Origin: a virus
Lineage: Duplodnaviria; Caudoviricetes
Strand: one strand, 5' to 3'
IMG/VR virus record: IMGVR_UViG_3300010413_000041
Coordinates: 1 to 55,141 of that record
Length of the DNA stretch: 55,141 nt
The notes under the pieces were generated by a model. It worked only from the letters and a program-made list of their open reading frames with translations, was not told where the DNA came from and searched no databases. This document shows, one piece after another, positions 1 through 8,416 of this stretch. The position numbers and the translations under genes are program-made. Numbering within the stretch: the stretch's first letter is position 1; the number at the start of each line of letters is the position of its first letter.

Positions 1-405
1 ACATTGCAACTGCACCGGACAATATCCCAATAGTTCCAACGTCTCTCTTCTCTCCTCTTCCCCGATATGCCACAACACATCTTTATAATCCTGCTGGGTA
101 CTGACCGTTATAGCCAGATCCCACCCATCCTCAATCATCTCAAACCCTGCGGAGAGATCCCCTCGTACTCTCGTATCCGCATCCATATATAAAGTCCTAG
201 TGAATGGGCTCACTTTATCTAAATTCACCTTCGCCCATCTCCCTCCCCCATCGATCCTTGCCATATCTATAAACTCAACCCCCAAGATCCCATCAATCCT
301 GACATCTCCTATCAATACCACAGGCAAACTCGGATGATATCTCCGCAGAGATGCTATCGACATCTCTGCCTCTCTTCTAGCACGATCCCCATAGGCGATA
401 TACAC
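1..405. repeat. Left copy of imperfect terminal direct repeat (circular/permuted genome overlap)
   Basis: 1-405 matches 54752-55141 apart from a 15-bp indel and about ten substitutions. Confidence 0.95.
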
Positions 406-426
406 AACCCCGTTATGGTCTTGCAT
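1..426 (-). CDS. GT-A glycosyltransferase (nucleotide-diphospho-sugar transferase/GT8-like), 5' part; continues across the circular join to 54533
   Basis: ATG at 426 (MQDHNGVVYIAYG); DxD motif RTLYMDADTRVRGDLS; frame continues into 54751-54533, ~214 aa in total. Confidence 0.8.
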   Translation of the reverse strand, partial: MQDHNGVVYIAYGDRARREAEMSIASLRRYHPSLPVVLIGDVRIDGILGVEFIDMARIDGGGRWAKVNLDKVSPFTRTLYMDADTRVRGDLSAGFEMIEDGWDLAITVSTQQDYKDVLWHIGEEERRETLELLGYCPVQLQC

Positions 427-1063
427 CCCCTGACACCCATGTCATTGGCAACGCCAATATCAACGGCTTGACCATATATAAAGCGACCAAAAACGCCAAC
501 CTCTTATGCATCCCCTCATCGATCTTCCCCCTCCATATGGCTATAAGATCCCTTGTCGCTGGCACATCCCGGCAAAACATCAACCTTGTGTCATACTGTA
601 ATACTCTGAGATCCCTGAGCACTTCCTTGGCTTTTAGCCGATCTTCCACCGTACCACAACTCAACGCCAGTTGGTCATAATCATATAACGGAACAGCGAT
701 ATCCCATCGATCCAAGAAGGACAACCCAACCAAAAAAAGCTCCCTTCTCACAGAGAGCGACATGTCCCATATAATATTTTGCTTGAATGCGATTTGCGGT
801 TCTCCTTCAATAATCCCAGACCACACCATTAAAGGCTCAACCACCTTCTTAGCTATCCCCCCAGATCCTAATACAACCAACCCCGCATCAGGACTTATAA
901 AATCTTTATATTTGTTGATGTTCGGTATCTCTGCTCCCCCCGTTGATAACCACAGGGAGGCTAAGTTCTTCGATACCTTCACCCAATCACCGGGATACTT
1001 GGTTACATTCTTGCCATTCTCTTCAACATACTGGACAGTTAGTAACCTGACCCAAACTGCCAT
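413..1063 (-). CDS. Small N-terminal domain fused to a degenerate glycosyltransferase-like domain
   Basis: C-terminal half aligns by eye with neighbouring GT (WDIAV...YDTRLMF...W...RLAFLVALY vs WDLAI...LQCGVMYF...W...DQGAFLRAIW) but lacks DxD. Confidence 0.5.
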   Translation of the reverse strand: MAVWVRLLTVQYVEENGKNVTKYPGDWVKVSKNLASLWLSTGGAEIPNINKYKDFISPDAGLVVLGSGGIAKKVVEPLMVWSGIIEGEPQIAFKQNIIWDMSLSVRRELFLVGLSFLDRWDIAVPLYDYDQLALSCGTVEDRLKAKEVLRDLRVLQYDTRLMFCRDVPATRDLIAIWRGKIDEGMHKRLAFLVALYMVKPLILALPMTWVSGDARP

Positions 1064-1093
1064 AATCTAACTCCACTCCCAGATATAAGCTGC

Positions 1094-1135
1094 AGGGGAA
1101 GAGTGGTAACCGGGAGATTAAACCCCTCTTCCCCT
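1094..1135 (-). terminator. Stem-loop downstream of decoration gene (attenuator/terminator or mRNA stabiliser)
   Basis: AGGGGAAGAG...CTCTTCCCCT inverted repeat; no strong U-tract. Confidence 0.45.
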
Positions 1136-1176
1136 TTAACTGGAGGCTATACCACCAACAGATCAGCAATAATCAA

Positions 1177-1620
1177 CTAATCAACAATCTCCGACCAGTT
1201 GGTAGTGGGAACGGGTGCGTAACGGGGTTCGATCCCATAAAGTACAGCACTAAACTCTACGGCGTTGGTCGCAACAACCGCCTCAAAATAAACATAATCA
1301 AACCCACCTGACACATCGAGTTCTTCTGTTCGAAGTTCGATGCATACAATCTCGTTCCCATCCCCTCCAGCTTGTGTAAGCTGGGTGATTGCCTTCCCGG
1401 TAATAGCCTTGGTAGTCGTGCCAGCCGCATCGTCTGATTGCTTTATCGATGCATCAAACGTCGCCCCTGCCGCCATATCTCCAACATCTACCACCAACAC
1501 AGCCCGGTGATAATTCTCCAAACTTACCTTCGTGCCGGATACCGTTCCTGCTGCCTGACTGTCTGCGTGAAAACTGTCAAGGGGATAGCAAACCTCTGAA
1601 AATCGTTTTGTGAATGCCAT
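1177..1620 (-). CDS. Putative capsid decoration/cement protein
   Basis: Directly downstream of MCP; beta-rich 147 aa; likely start MAFTKR after GGAG RBS. Confidence 0.6.
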   Translation of the reverse strand: MAFTKRFSEVCYPLDSFHADSQAAGTVSGTKVSLENYHRAVLVVDVGDMAAGATFDASIKQSDDAAGTTTKAITGKAITQLTQAGGDGNEIVCIELRTEELDVSGGFDYVYFEAVVATNAVEFSAVLYGIEPRYAPVPTTNWSEIVD

Positions 1621-1697
1621 TATCATCAACTCCTTGGAAGGGGAGCGCAATTTATTAACCGCACTCCCCACCCATAAATTTTATATTCCACTAAATC

Positions 1698-3014
1698 TTA
1701 CGTACTCTTGGCACCAAGAATAACGAATGGCGACACCTGAGTAGTACCATCCTGATAAGTCAGGGGAGCACTTAACCAAGGTTGACCATCCACCCGGTGA
1801 ACAACACGCCAAGAGGTCTTATCATAGCGCCACAAATCGTACTGGGTACTCTCGACTGTGGTTGCCTGCCGATCTCCAATCAGATAATATTTCCAATCTG
1901 CCAAGATCGCATCACCCGCAGTTCCGATCCTCGGGTTCTTCTCCGAGAATGTGACCGGATATCCCAGAAGAGTTGCAGGACCACCGCTGATCGCAGATCC
2001 CCAGATATAAGATGGATTGCCCGCAGGACCTTGTAACTGCAGAAGGGAGCTCAAAGCCGACTGAGTTAGCGTCCACGATCCCGTACCAGAAGGTAAGAAT
2101 GCCTCAACCATATCGCACAGATCCCCATAACCAATCAGGTTCTTTGCAGCCCGATTTACAGTTATGGTTGCCCCGGCGTTGATGACACCCAAGGGTTGAC
2201 CAACCCCAGATCCATTAATGAAGGCGTAATCTTCCATCCACGATACGCCACCCGCAAATCCTAGCGGACCTGACAGGAAATCTCCCAGAGATATAGCCGC
2301 ATCATCCACCAACTCATCACTCGCAGTTGTGTAACCGATCAGCTTATGAGCCGTTAATACAACTTCACGGAATGAGGCATCACTAACCGTCTTCTCGGTC
2401 GCCTCCTCCGCCCAGTAAAACAAAAGCCCACCAAACCAATGTGGCACTCCTGCGGTCGTTCCGGTTTGATCTAATACCGGAAGTGAGATCTGCCTTCGGC
2501 GCATACGGATAACCGTTGCACCCCTGCTCCTCACAATAGAGTTATTGGCGATAACTCCCTGTAATTCAGCCATCTGCTCCAAGGGAACCAAAAAGCCACC
2601 CGAAGCACCAGTACCCTCGGTCATGACTTTCGTCTCTAACTCTGACATCCCATCCTTAGGCTCTTCCTTAAAGTAAACCAACCGGGGATCAGTTTTCCGG
2701 AATGATCCATCTTTGTGGTTGGCACGCCACGCAGAATATAGGAAATCCGACCAATCCGCAAACTTCTTCTTCCCTCTCTGCTCCGGTTCTCCGTCAACTT
2801 CCTCAGATCTCTCGGCACCATGCTTAGCCAGGATATCATCGAAGCTATCCGAGATCTCCTGTAACTGAGCCGCCTGCAACTTCAACGCTCGCCCCTCTTC
2901 CATCAACCCTTCAACCCTACCCTTATCCTCAACCGTAGAATTGGGGTCTAACAGGAGAGCCCGAGCCTCAGCAAATTTAGCCTTTGCCTCATCAAGCTTT
3001 GCTTGGTAATTCAT
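1698..3014 (-). CDS. Major capsid protein, HK97 family
   Basis: Coiled-coil delta domain, GGFLVP, F..V.L.AHKL, G.G.GQPLG, LLGYPV, R.DG motifs. Confidence 0.95.
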   Translation of the reverse strand: MNYQAKLDEAKAKFAEARALLLDPNSTVEDKGRVEGLMEEGRALKLQAAQLQEISDSFDDILAKHGAERSEEVDGEPEQRGKKKFADWSDFLYSAWRANHKDGSFRKTDPRLVYFKEEPKDGMSELETKVMTEGTGASGGFLVPLEQMAELQGVIANNSIVRSRGATVIRMRRRQISLPVLDQTGTTAGVPHWFGGLLFYWAEEATEKTVSDASFREVVLTAHKLIGYTTASDELVDDAAISLGDFLSGPLGFAGGVSWMEDYAFINGSGVGQPLGVINAGATITVNRAAKNLIGYGDLCDMVEAFLPSGTGSWTLTQSALSSLLQLQGPAGNPSYIWGSAISGGPATLLGYPVTFSEKNPRIGTAGDAILADWKYYLIGDRQATTVESTQYDLWRYDKTSWRVVHRVDGQPWLSAPLTYQDGTTQVSPFVILGAKST

Positions 3015-4318
3015 GTCAATTCCTCCAAAATATCTAAATCCATCAATTCATTATCAATAACGTTCAACAGTTCTTCTTCGAAGGTGGGTGGTTGGTCATT
3101 CTCAGCCTCCGTCCCGACCTCTTCATGCTCCCCTGTTTCTGTCTCTTCTTCGCTACCATCGGTTTCGGAGAGATCCCCCACTTCTTCCACCTCTTCCACC
3201 TCAATAGCACCGATATCAATATTAGCAATATTCTCAGGAATAGTCAAGCATAATTCTGCCAATCGCTCATCCATCTCTGAAATAAACTTATACTTCTCTT
3301 CCTCTTCGATCCCCTTGACCAACTCCTTAACAGATGTCTGGATATATCCGACCAACCCAGAATACAGCCGATCAGCAAAGCGATCCTTGACCTCTTCCCC
3401 CCCATCTTCCCCCTTCTCGAAAGGACTTGTCAAGGTATCATCGTCAAACTCCCTCCTCATCCGAGCATAATAGGAGTTTACCTTCCCCTTGATTGCCTCC
3501 TTATCGCCCGGGGGAATATCCGCAGCATCCACCCCCCTTCCGCCCGCTACAGCGAAGATCCCTCGTGGGATTGCATATAACGTTCCATCAATCACATCCG
3601 CAAAAGGCAATTTATAGGCACCAAAATTATCAACATTATCAGGGTCATAATAGAAAAAACCGGAGCGATACTTCGAGTTCGGCACATCTTCCGCACCCGC
3701 CCAATCTCTCATCCTGCGGACTGCCGATGTGGCATCCCATGGGCGATCTCTTGGCGCAAGAGGTAATGAAGTTGATCCCGATACCGCCTTGGCAGACAAC
3801 GTCATTGTCGCAGGGTTCATTCCCCAGATAACAGGACCATACTCCCATAATCGGAGCGTTCTGAGGTGGCGAATATCTTGGATAGTCTTCCCATCTTCCT
3901 CACTCCTCTCATAATCAAAATCAAGAGCATCATAACCAATCGACCATTCATCTACCGCCCCTGCCTTGATCCTCTTGAATGCTCCCAGACCTTCAGGAGT
4001 ATCTAACAGGAATTGGGTTTTAGCCCACAAAGCCCCATCTGCATCCGGATACTTATCCAAGATCTCCGCAGGGAGTTCACCTCGGGATATCTCCCTCATC
4101 TGCACAGGTTTACCAACAACCCTCAACACACTATCGTAATTGTGGTTATCAAGCACTCTAATCTTCCCACCCCTCTCGCTGATTGTCTTGGTGAACGCTC
4201 CGCTGTGGATGACATCCCCACCCATATCAACGTTGCCCATAACCGCAATAATATGCTCAACTATTCCAGTCTCATTATCAGCCTTCAAATATATCGAAGG
4301 CACTGTTTTCTTCTCCAT
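3011..4318 (-). CDS. HK97-type prohead protease with extra central domain and acidic tail
   Basis: D.GGDVI..GAF, LDNH, WSIGY, L.EYGPV.WGMN motifs; ATGA-coupled to MCP. Confidence 0.9.
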   Translation of the reverse strand: MEKKTVPSIYLKADNETGIVEHIIAVMGNVDMGGDVIHSGAFTKTISERGGKIRVLDNHNYDSVLRVVGKPVQMREISRGELPAEILDKYPDADGALWAKTQFLLDTPEGLGAFKRIKAGAVDEWSIGYDALDFDYERSEEDGKTIQDIRHLRTLRLWEYGPVIWGMNPATMTLSAKAVSGSTSLPLAPRDRPWDATSAVRRMRDWAGAEDVPNSKYRSGFFYYDPDNVDNFGAYKLPFADVIDGTLYAIPRGIFAVAGGRGVDAADIPPGDKEAIKGKVNSYYARMRREFDDDTLTSPFEKGEDGGEEVKDRFADRLYSGLVGYIQTSVKELVKGIEEEEKYKFISEMDERLAELCLTIPENIANIDIGAIEVEEVEEVGDLSETDGSEEETETGEHEEVGTEAENDQPPTFEEELLNVIDNELMDLDILEELT

Positions 4319-4424
4319 AATTCACCTCTCCTCTTGAGTATAGCAATATCCATCACATTCCGCAACCGCATCCAATCTTCTCCCTGCGTTGTCAGGAACG
4401 ACGCTAAGCGATTTAAATCCATCT

Positions 4425-4715
4425 TCATATATCATATGTCTTCCTCTTCCCGTTACCGCTCTTCCTGCCCTTCTCAAACAACCTCAGCGATATCATTCCT
4501 CTCCCGTGTACCTTCTCCCCAATCTCATTCAATAAACCGAGATCTCCCCCGATCTCACAAATAAAGTTCCCTGCCAATCTCCACAGAGCACCCACATAAC
4601 CACACCTTCTTATCAATATATCCCGGTCTAACACATAATCGCTCCCCAATATCGATCTCGCAATATCCTCTGCCCTATCGACCTCGGACAGCACTTGATC
4701 TATCGGTATTCTCAT
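4425..4715 (-). CDS. Hypothetical protein
   Basis: ORF in coding-strand operon with overlapping start/stop. Confidence 0.5.
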   Translation of the reverse strand: MRIPIDQVLSEVDRAEDIARSILGSDYVLDRDILIRRCGYVGALWRLAGNFICEIGGDLGLLNEIGEKVHGRGMISLRLFEKGRKSGNGKRKTYDI

Positions 4716-4939
4716 AGTCGCCTTCCCTTCACTTCCGTAGGACCAACTCTATCCCCCACCCGTACCAGATAATAATTATCACTAGCCCCACCAATGGCTA
4801 TATCAACTCTCCCCCCACACAATTCGCAAATCAATACCCTTATCCCTCTACCATCACTATAACTCCCCCACCTGTGAGCACATCTCCCCCCGATCCCTTC
4901 TGTCGTAACATTCAACTGGATATCTAGTTCTCTTGGCAT
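4712..4939 (-). CDS. Small Cys/His zinc-binding hypothetical protein
   Basis: CAHRW...CELCG motif; RBS present. Confidence 0.55.
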   Translation of the reverse strand: MPRELDIQLNVTTEGIGGRCAHRWGSYSDGRGIRVLICELCGGRVDIAIGGASDNYYLVRVGDRVGPTEVKGRRL

Positions 4940-4980
4940 AACCTTCTTCCAACCTACATTGTCCTAATTATGCACCTAAA

Positions 4981-5196
4981 TTAATCTTCTGACAATGGTT
5001 GTATCTCTTCTTCATAATAGCCTACCCTCTCACCATTCTCATATAAAGCGACATCTCCGGTTATCTTCCCCAACTCTATATTTAACATAAAATCAACATC
5101 ACTCCGGGAGATCCCCAACTGACGCTGGCATACCAAGTAAACCCGCTCCATATCACCATCCAATGCATCTACTATCTCTTTAATCATTCTGTCCAT
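4981..5196 (-). CDS. Small acidic protein overlapping MuF stop (possible partner/immunity)
   Basis: Overlaps 3' end of the MuF gene. Confidence 0.5.
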   Translation of the reverse strand: MDRMIKEIVDALDGDMERVYLVCQRQLGISRSDVDFMLNIELGKITGDVALYENGERVGYYEEEIQPLSED

Positions 5197-6770
5197 CCTA
5201 ACTTCGCAAATAGATTATCTATTGCATCCATTATCTTAGCAAAGTCCTCATCTGACCAATATACCGAGTTCCCATAAATCTTATCCGATCTCACCAATGC
5301 AAGCTCCCCCAATAACACAGCATCATTGCTCTTCATGGCAACCCATTGACTGTAAGCCCTAGCCCACAGTTCATGCGATTGCAGACAGTATTGAGCATAC
5401 TCTGGAGAAGGATATACCGTCTTGGTCAAACCACCAATCTCCATTGATGTCTCAAACCTATGTGGTACTCTATATTGAAGGAATAATGTCTTATAAGCCT
5501 CCGTCTCCCTGATAGTTTCCATAACTTCCTTCATGTCCAGATAGTCATATATCCTTGACGCAAACATATCTTCATATCTCATAAACTCCCCCTTCCCGAT
5601 CCCAGAGAGATCCAAGAAGTGACCAGTTTCGTGCGCCGAAGTCAAGCCGGGGTGGTCAGATCCCTTGGAGAGCTTTATATTCAACGGTCTAAGTCTCTGC
5701 TCCCCCTTCACTTCAAAAAAGTCACACCCTAACTCCCCATGCCATCCAACATCCTTAGGAACACTATAGGCAGGAATTTGCGGTAGTTCTATCTCCCCTG
5801 TTCCATGTAACTCATCAATAATATCCAACGTCCTCTGGTAATTCTCCTGCATAAATCTGCTATCTTCAACCGATATCGCCTCACTAACCCTCTTCCCTCC
5901 CGGCTGTGGTGCTCTGACAATATCTATGGGATCGGGAGCTCTAAAGGGTTCGGGTTCGGGCTCAACTTCCTCCCCACCAACAACCTCCTTCGGGAAGAAA
6001 GGCGCAGTCGTACATCTGCAATTGCAAAAGTTCTTTGGAGATCCCGCAGGGTCATGCGGATACATCAACTCTTCCCCCATCACTATAAATGGCTGATCTA
6101 TCGGAATAGGACCAATGCTCCCCCCTTCCTTGTACTCAGATCCTGCCGTCATGTGTTCCGGTCTTGCCCGATCATCATATGTCGCCAACCACTCCTTCCA
6201 CCCCACTCCCCACATCTTATGGATCTCATGAGATCCAGCATTAGCCGCCCTCAATGTCTCGGTTCTGGCTATATTCTCAGTCCTGTGTCTGGGTAATCTC
6301 TCTTCATACCATGCCCACTCATCTGGATCTAACGTCTCTCCCTGATATGCCCTAAACATTGATGTCAAATAATTCTGAGTTTCGGATAACGTCTTACCAC
6401 TCCTCTTCACACCCGCCAATAACCTTCTTATATCATTGTTCGTGGTATCACATATCGGCTGAGCAAATCTCAGGGTGTACTTATTAAACCAATCCCTTGC
6501 TTGCAGGTTCTGGACATCAAACCTAAACCCAAACTCTGCCAGATCCTTAGCCATCTCCTCCCCCCTGCGGATGACCAACTTTGTGATCATTGGCTGAAAC
6601 TCCCTGCGCCATTGTTCCCATGCCTCCCTGTCAAAATACTGTTGAGCCATCGACCGGATGTAATCATAATCAGGACTAGCCTTCTCCCTGAGCGACTTAT
6701 CTTTAGCCTTCTTCAATATAGCCAACATTGCCCGAAGATCATTGTCAAATGCCCTATCCGCAGCCTTCAC
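5184..6770 (-). CDS. MuF/SPP1 gp7-like minor head protein with C-terminal HExxH (zincin-like) extension; probably expressed as a portal fusion
   Basis: IARTET..A.N, KEW....D.R.R..H, PHDP...NCRC; AHETGH and ELWARAY; frame open to ~6930 without another start codon. Confidence 0.85.
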   Translation of the reverse strand: MKAADRAFDNDLRAMLAILKKAKDKSLREKASPDYDYIRSMAQQYFDREAWEQWRREFQPMITKLVIRRGEEMAKDLAEFGFRFDVQNLQARDWFNKYTLRFAQPICDTTNNDIRRLLAGVKRSGKTLSETQNYLTSMFRAYQGETLDPDEWAWYEERLPRHRTENIARTETLRAANAGSHEIHKMWGVGWKEWLATYDDRARPEHMTAGSEYKEGGSIGPIPIDQPFIVMGEELMYPHDPAGSPKNFCNCRCTTAPFFPKEVVGGEEVEPEPEPFRAPDPIDIVRAPQPGGKRVSEAISVEDSRFMQENYQRTLDIIDELHGTGEIELPQIPAYSVPKDVGWHGELGCDFFEVKGEQRLRPLNIKLSKGSDHPGLTSAHETGHFLDLSGIGKGEFMRYEDMFASRIYDYLDMKEVMETIRETEAYKTLFLQYRVPHRFETSMEIGGLTKTVYPSPEYAQYCLQSHELWARAYSQWVAMKSNDAVLLGELALVRSDKIYGNSVYWSDEDFAKIMDAIDNLFAKLGWTE

Positions 6771-6819
6771 GAAATCATCAACAAACTCATTGGCTATATC
6801 ATCGTTCTTCTTAGCATAT

Positions 6820-6881
6820 GCCCGTTTTTGCTCAGGGGTTAGGCGCCCCTCTAGTCTTTTTTTCGATCTTCCCCACCCTCC
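6820..6881 (-). other. Predicted -1 programmed ribosomal frameshift signal (portal to MuF)
   Basis: GGAGG (6881-6877), A-AAA-AAA (6863-6857), 6-nt spacer, stem AGGGG/CCCCU with loop GCCU able to pair with downstream GGGC. Confidence 0.65.
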
Positions 6882-8416
6882 AAGATCCCATCTATCAACC
6901 CAGATGTACCCGATATCCCTTCTTGGGATATATCAGGATAACTCCAATTCCCGTACTCATCTCCTTTACCTTCCTGCCACCACCCCTTCCCCAGATCTTC
7001 GCTCTCTTCCTCTGCCTCAGGCTCAGGAACACCCTCATCCGCTCCCCCTGCCTCATCCGTACTCTCCTCCATATCTCCTTCTTCCACCTCGCCATCCTCA
7101 GTTCCATCACCCGCCTTCCCCATCGGCACTAGTGTTGAGATCATGTAGATAGTATCCCCATCCGGAAGATCCCCGATATCTAAATTCAATAAACTCGCAG
7201 CTCTGTGCTTTGGCACTCCATAGGATACCAACTGGGTAAAAGCAACAACCATCTCTGGTTTGTTTACCTGTAACGCTGGCACATCTGAGAAGTCGAACGC
7301 AACCCACTCCTTCCCATCTCGATCCTGCAAATAATACTTGTAATCATCCTCAAATAATAAGATCTCCGGTATCTGGACATCCTCCCAGAATGCTCGCCTT
7401 GCATGCTCCCAATTCTCATACGTTGATCTCTTCAACCCGATCCTTGTTCCTATCAATATCGGAGGAACGCCCAAAGGACCTAGTATGCGGCTCTCGTTGC
7501 GCTCATCCTGCGTCTCAAACCCCATCTCATCAAACCCCATCCCAATCCTCTCATAACTTCCACCCCGATCTAATACCCCGACCTCATCCCAATTCTCATA
7601 GCCTCCATAAGTCTCAGCCCACCTTCTCTTAATCTCATCCACAACCTCATCCTTCATAGCCGTTTCAAACCGTAAGATCCCCGGCACTATTGCTCCCCTC
7701 TCAAAAAACAATTTTATAAAATTGGTCACCATATTATCCACATCCGCAGACCTCGACATAGGAGCGACCGGAGATAACCCATAACCAAACCCATCCAACT
7801 CATCCCCGGGGTTCGGTAACTTCACATGGCTTACATCCTGCGCCAACATCGGGATACCATCCCTCGCCTGTTTACCCTCGGGAACATATAAATATCCCCG
7901 GATATCCCTTGACGCGTCCCTTCCCGGCACTATAAAAGTCCTGTCGGGTCTGAGTGCGTACATGGCTACCGGAAGACCACCCCCCCTCGGTCTCTGATAA
8001 TACGTGTATGCGTTCCCGTCCAGATTGAAGTATACGGTCTGCAATATCTGAAATTCACGCCAACTCGTAGAAGGGTTCGGGCGAGCTACCAACTGTGATA
8101 GTGGTCTATCCGGAGATAATGGCTCAGGATTATCCACATCCCCAGAATAAGCCCTCAACTTGACCAACCCTGCCGATCTTGCCTTATACATGATCGCAGA
8201 ATATATCAGGGAGTTTGCATCAAACCCCTCTTCAACATAACTGTCATAATTGACAATATGCCATTGTGGCGTACCCTCCCTGTAATCAGGATACAACATT
8301 GGGAATTGCTTACCCTCGATCCCAGATCCCCAATATTGCGACCTAACCGGAGATCTCCCAGACCGGAAGTAATCAATCGCCATCTTCAATCTCGTCATAA
8401 ATGTAGGTTTTCTCAT
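6851..8416 (-). CDS. Portal protein, HK97 family
   Basis: RPN, L.GNAY, LRPDR, G.GLSP, F..GA.PG, LGVPP.LIG; acidic C-terminal tail. Confidence 0.93.
   Translation of the reverse strand: MRKPTFMTRLKMAIDYFRSGRSPVRSQYWGSGIEGKQFPMLYPDYREGTPQWHIVNYDSYVEEGFDANSLIYSAIMYKARSAGLVKLRAYSGDVDNPEPLSPDRPLSQLVARPNPSTSWREFQILQTVYFNLDGNAYTYYQRPRGGGLPVAMYALRPDRTFIVPGRDASRDIRGYLYVPEGKQARDGIPMLAQDVSHVKLPNPGDELDGFGYGLSPVAPMSRSADVDNMVTNFIKLFFERGAIVPGILRFETAMKDEVVDEIKRRWAETYGGYENWDEVGVLDRGGSYERIGMGFDEMGFETQDERNESRILGPLGVPPILIGTRIGLKRSTYENWEHARRAFWEDVQIPEILLFEDDYKYYLQDRDGKEWVAFDFSDVPALQVNKPEMVVAFTQLVSYGVPKHRAASLLNLDIGDLPDGDTIYMISTLVPMGKAGDGTEDGEVEEGDMEESTDEAGGADEGVPEPEAEEESEDLGKGWWQEGKGDEYGNWSYPDISQEGISGTSGLIDGILEGGEDRKKD

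Noticed and set aside
1-405. Diversity-generating retroelement TR/VR pair (terminal copies differ)
   Set aside because: Differences are not adenine-specific, include an indel, sit at the contig ends, and no reverse transcriptase was found.
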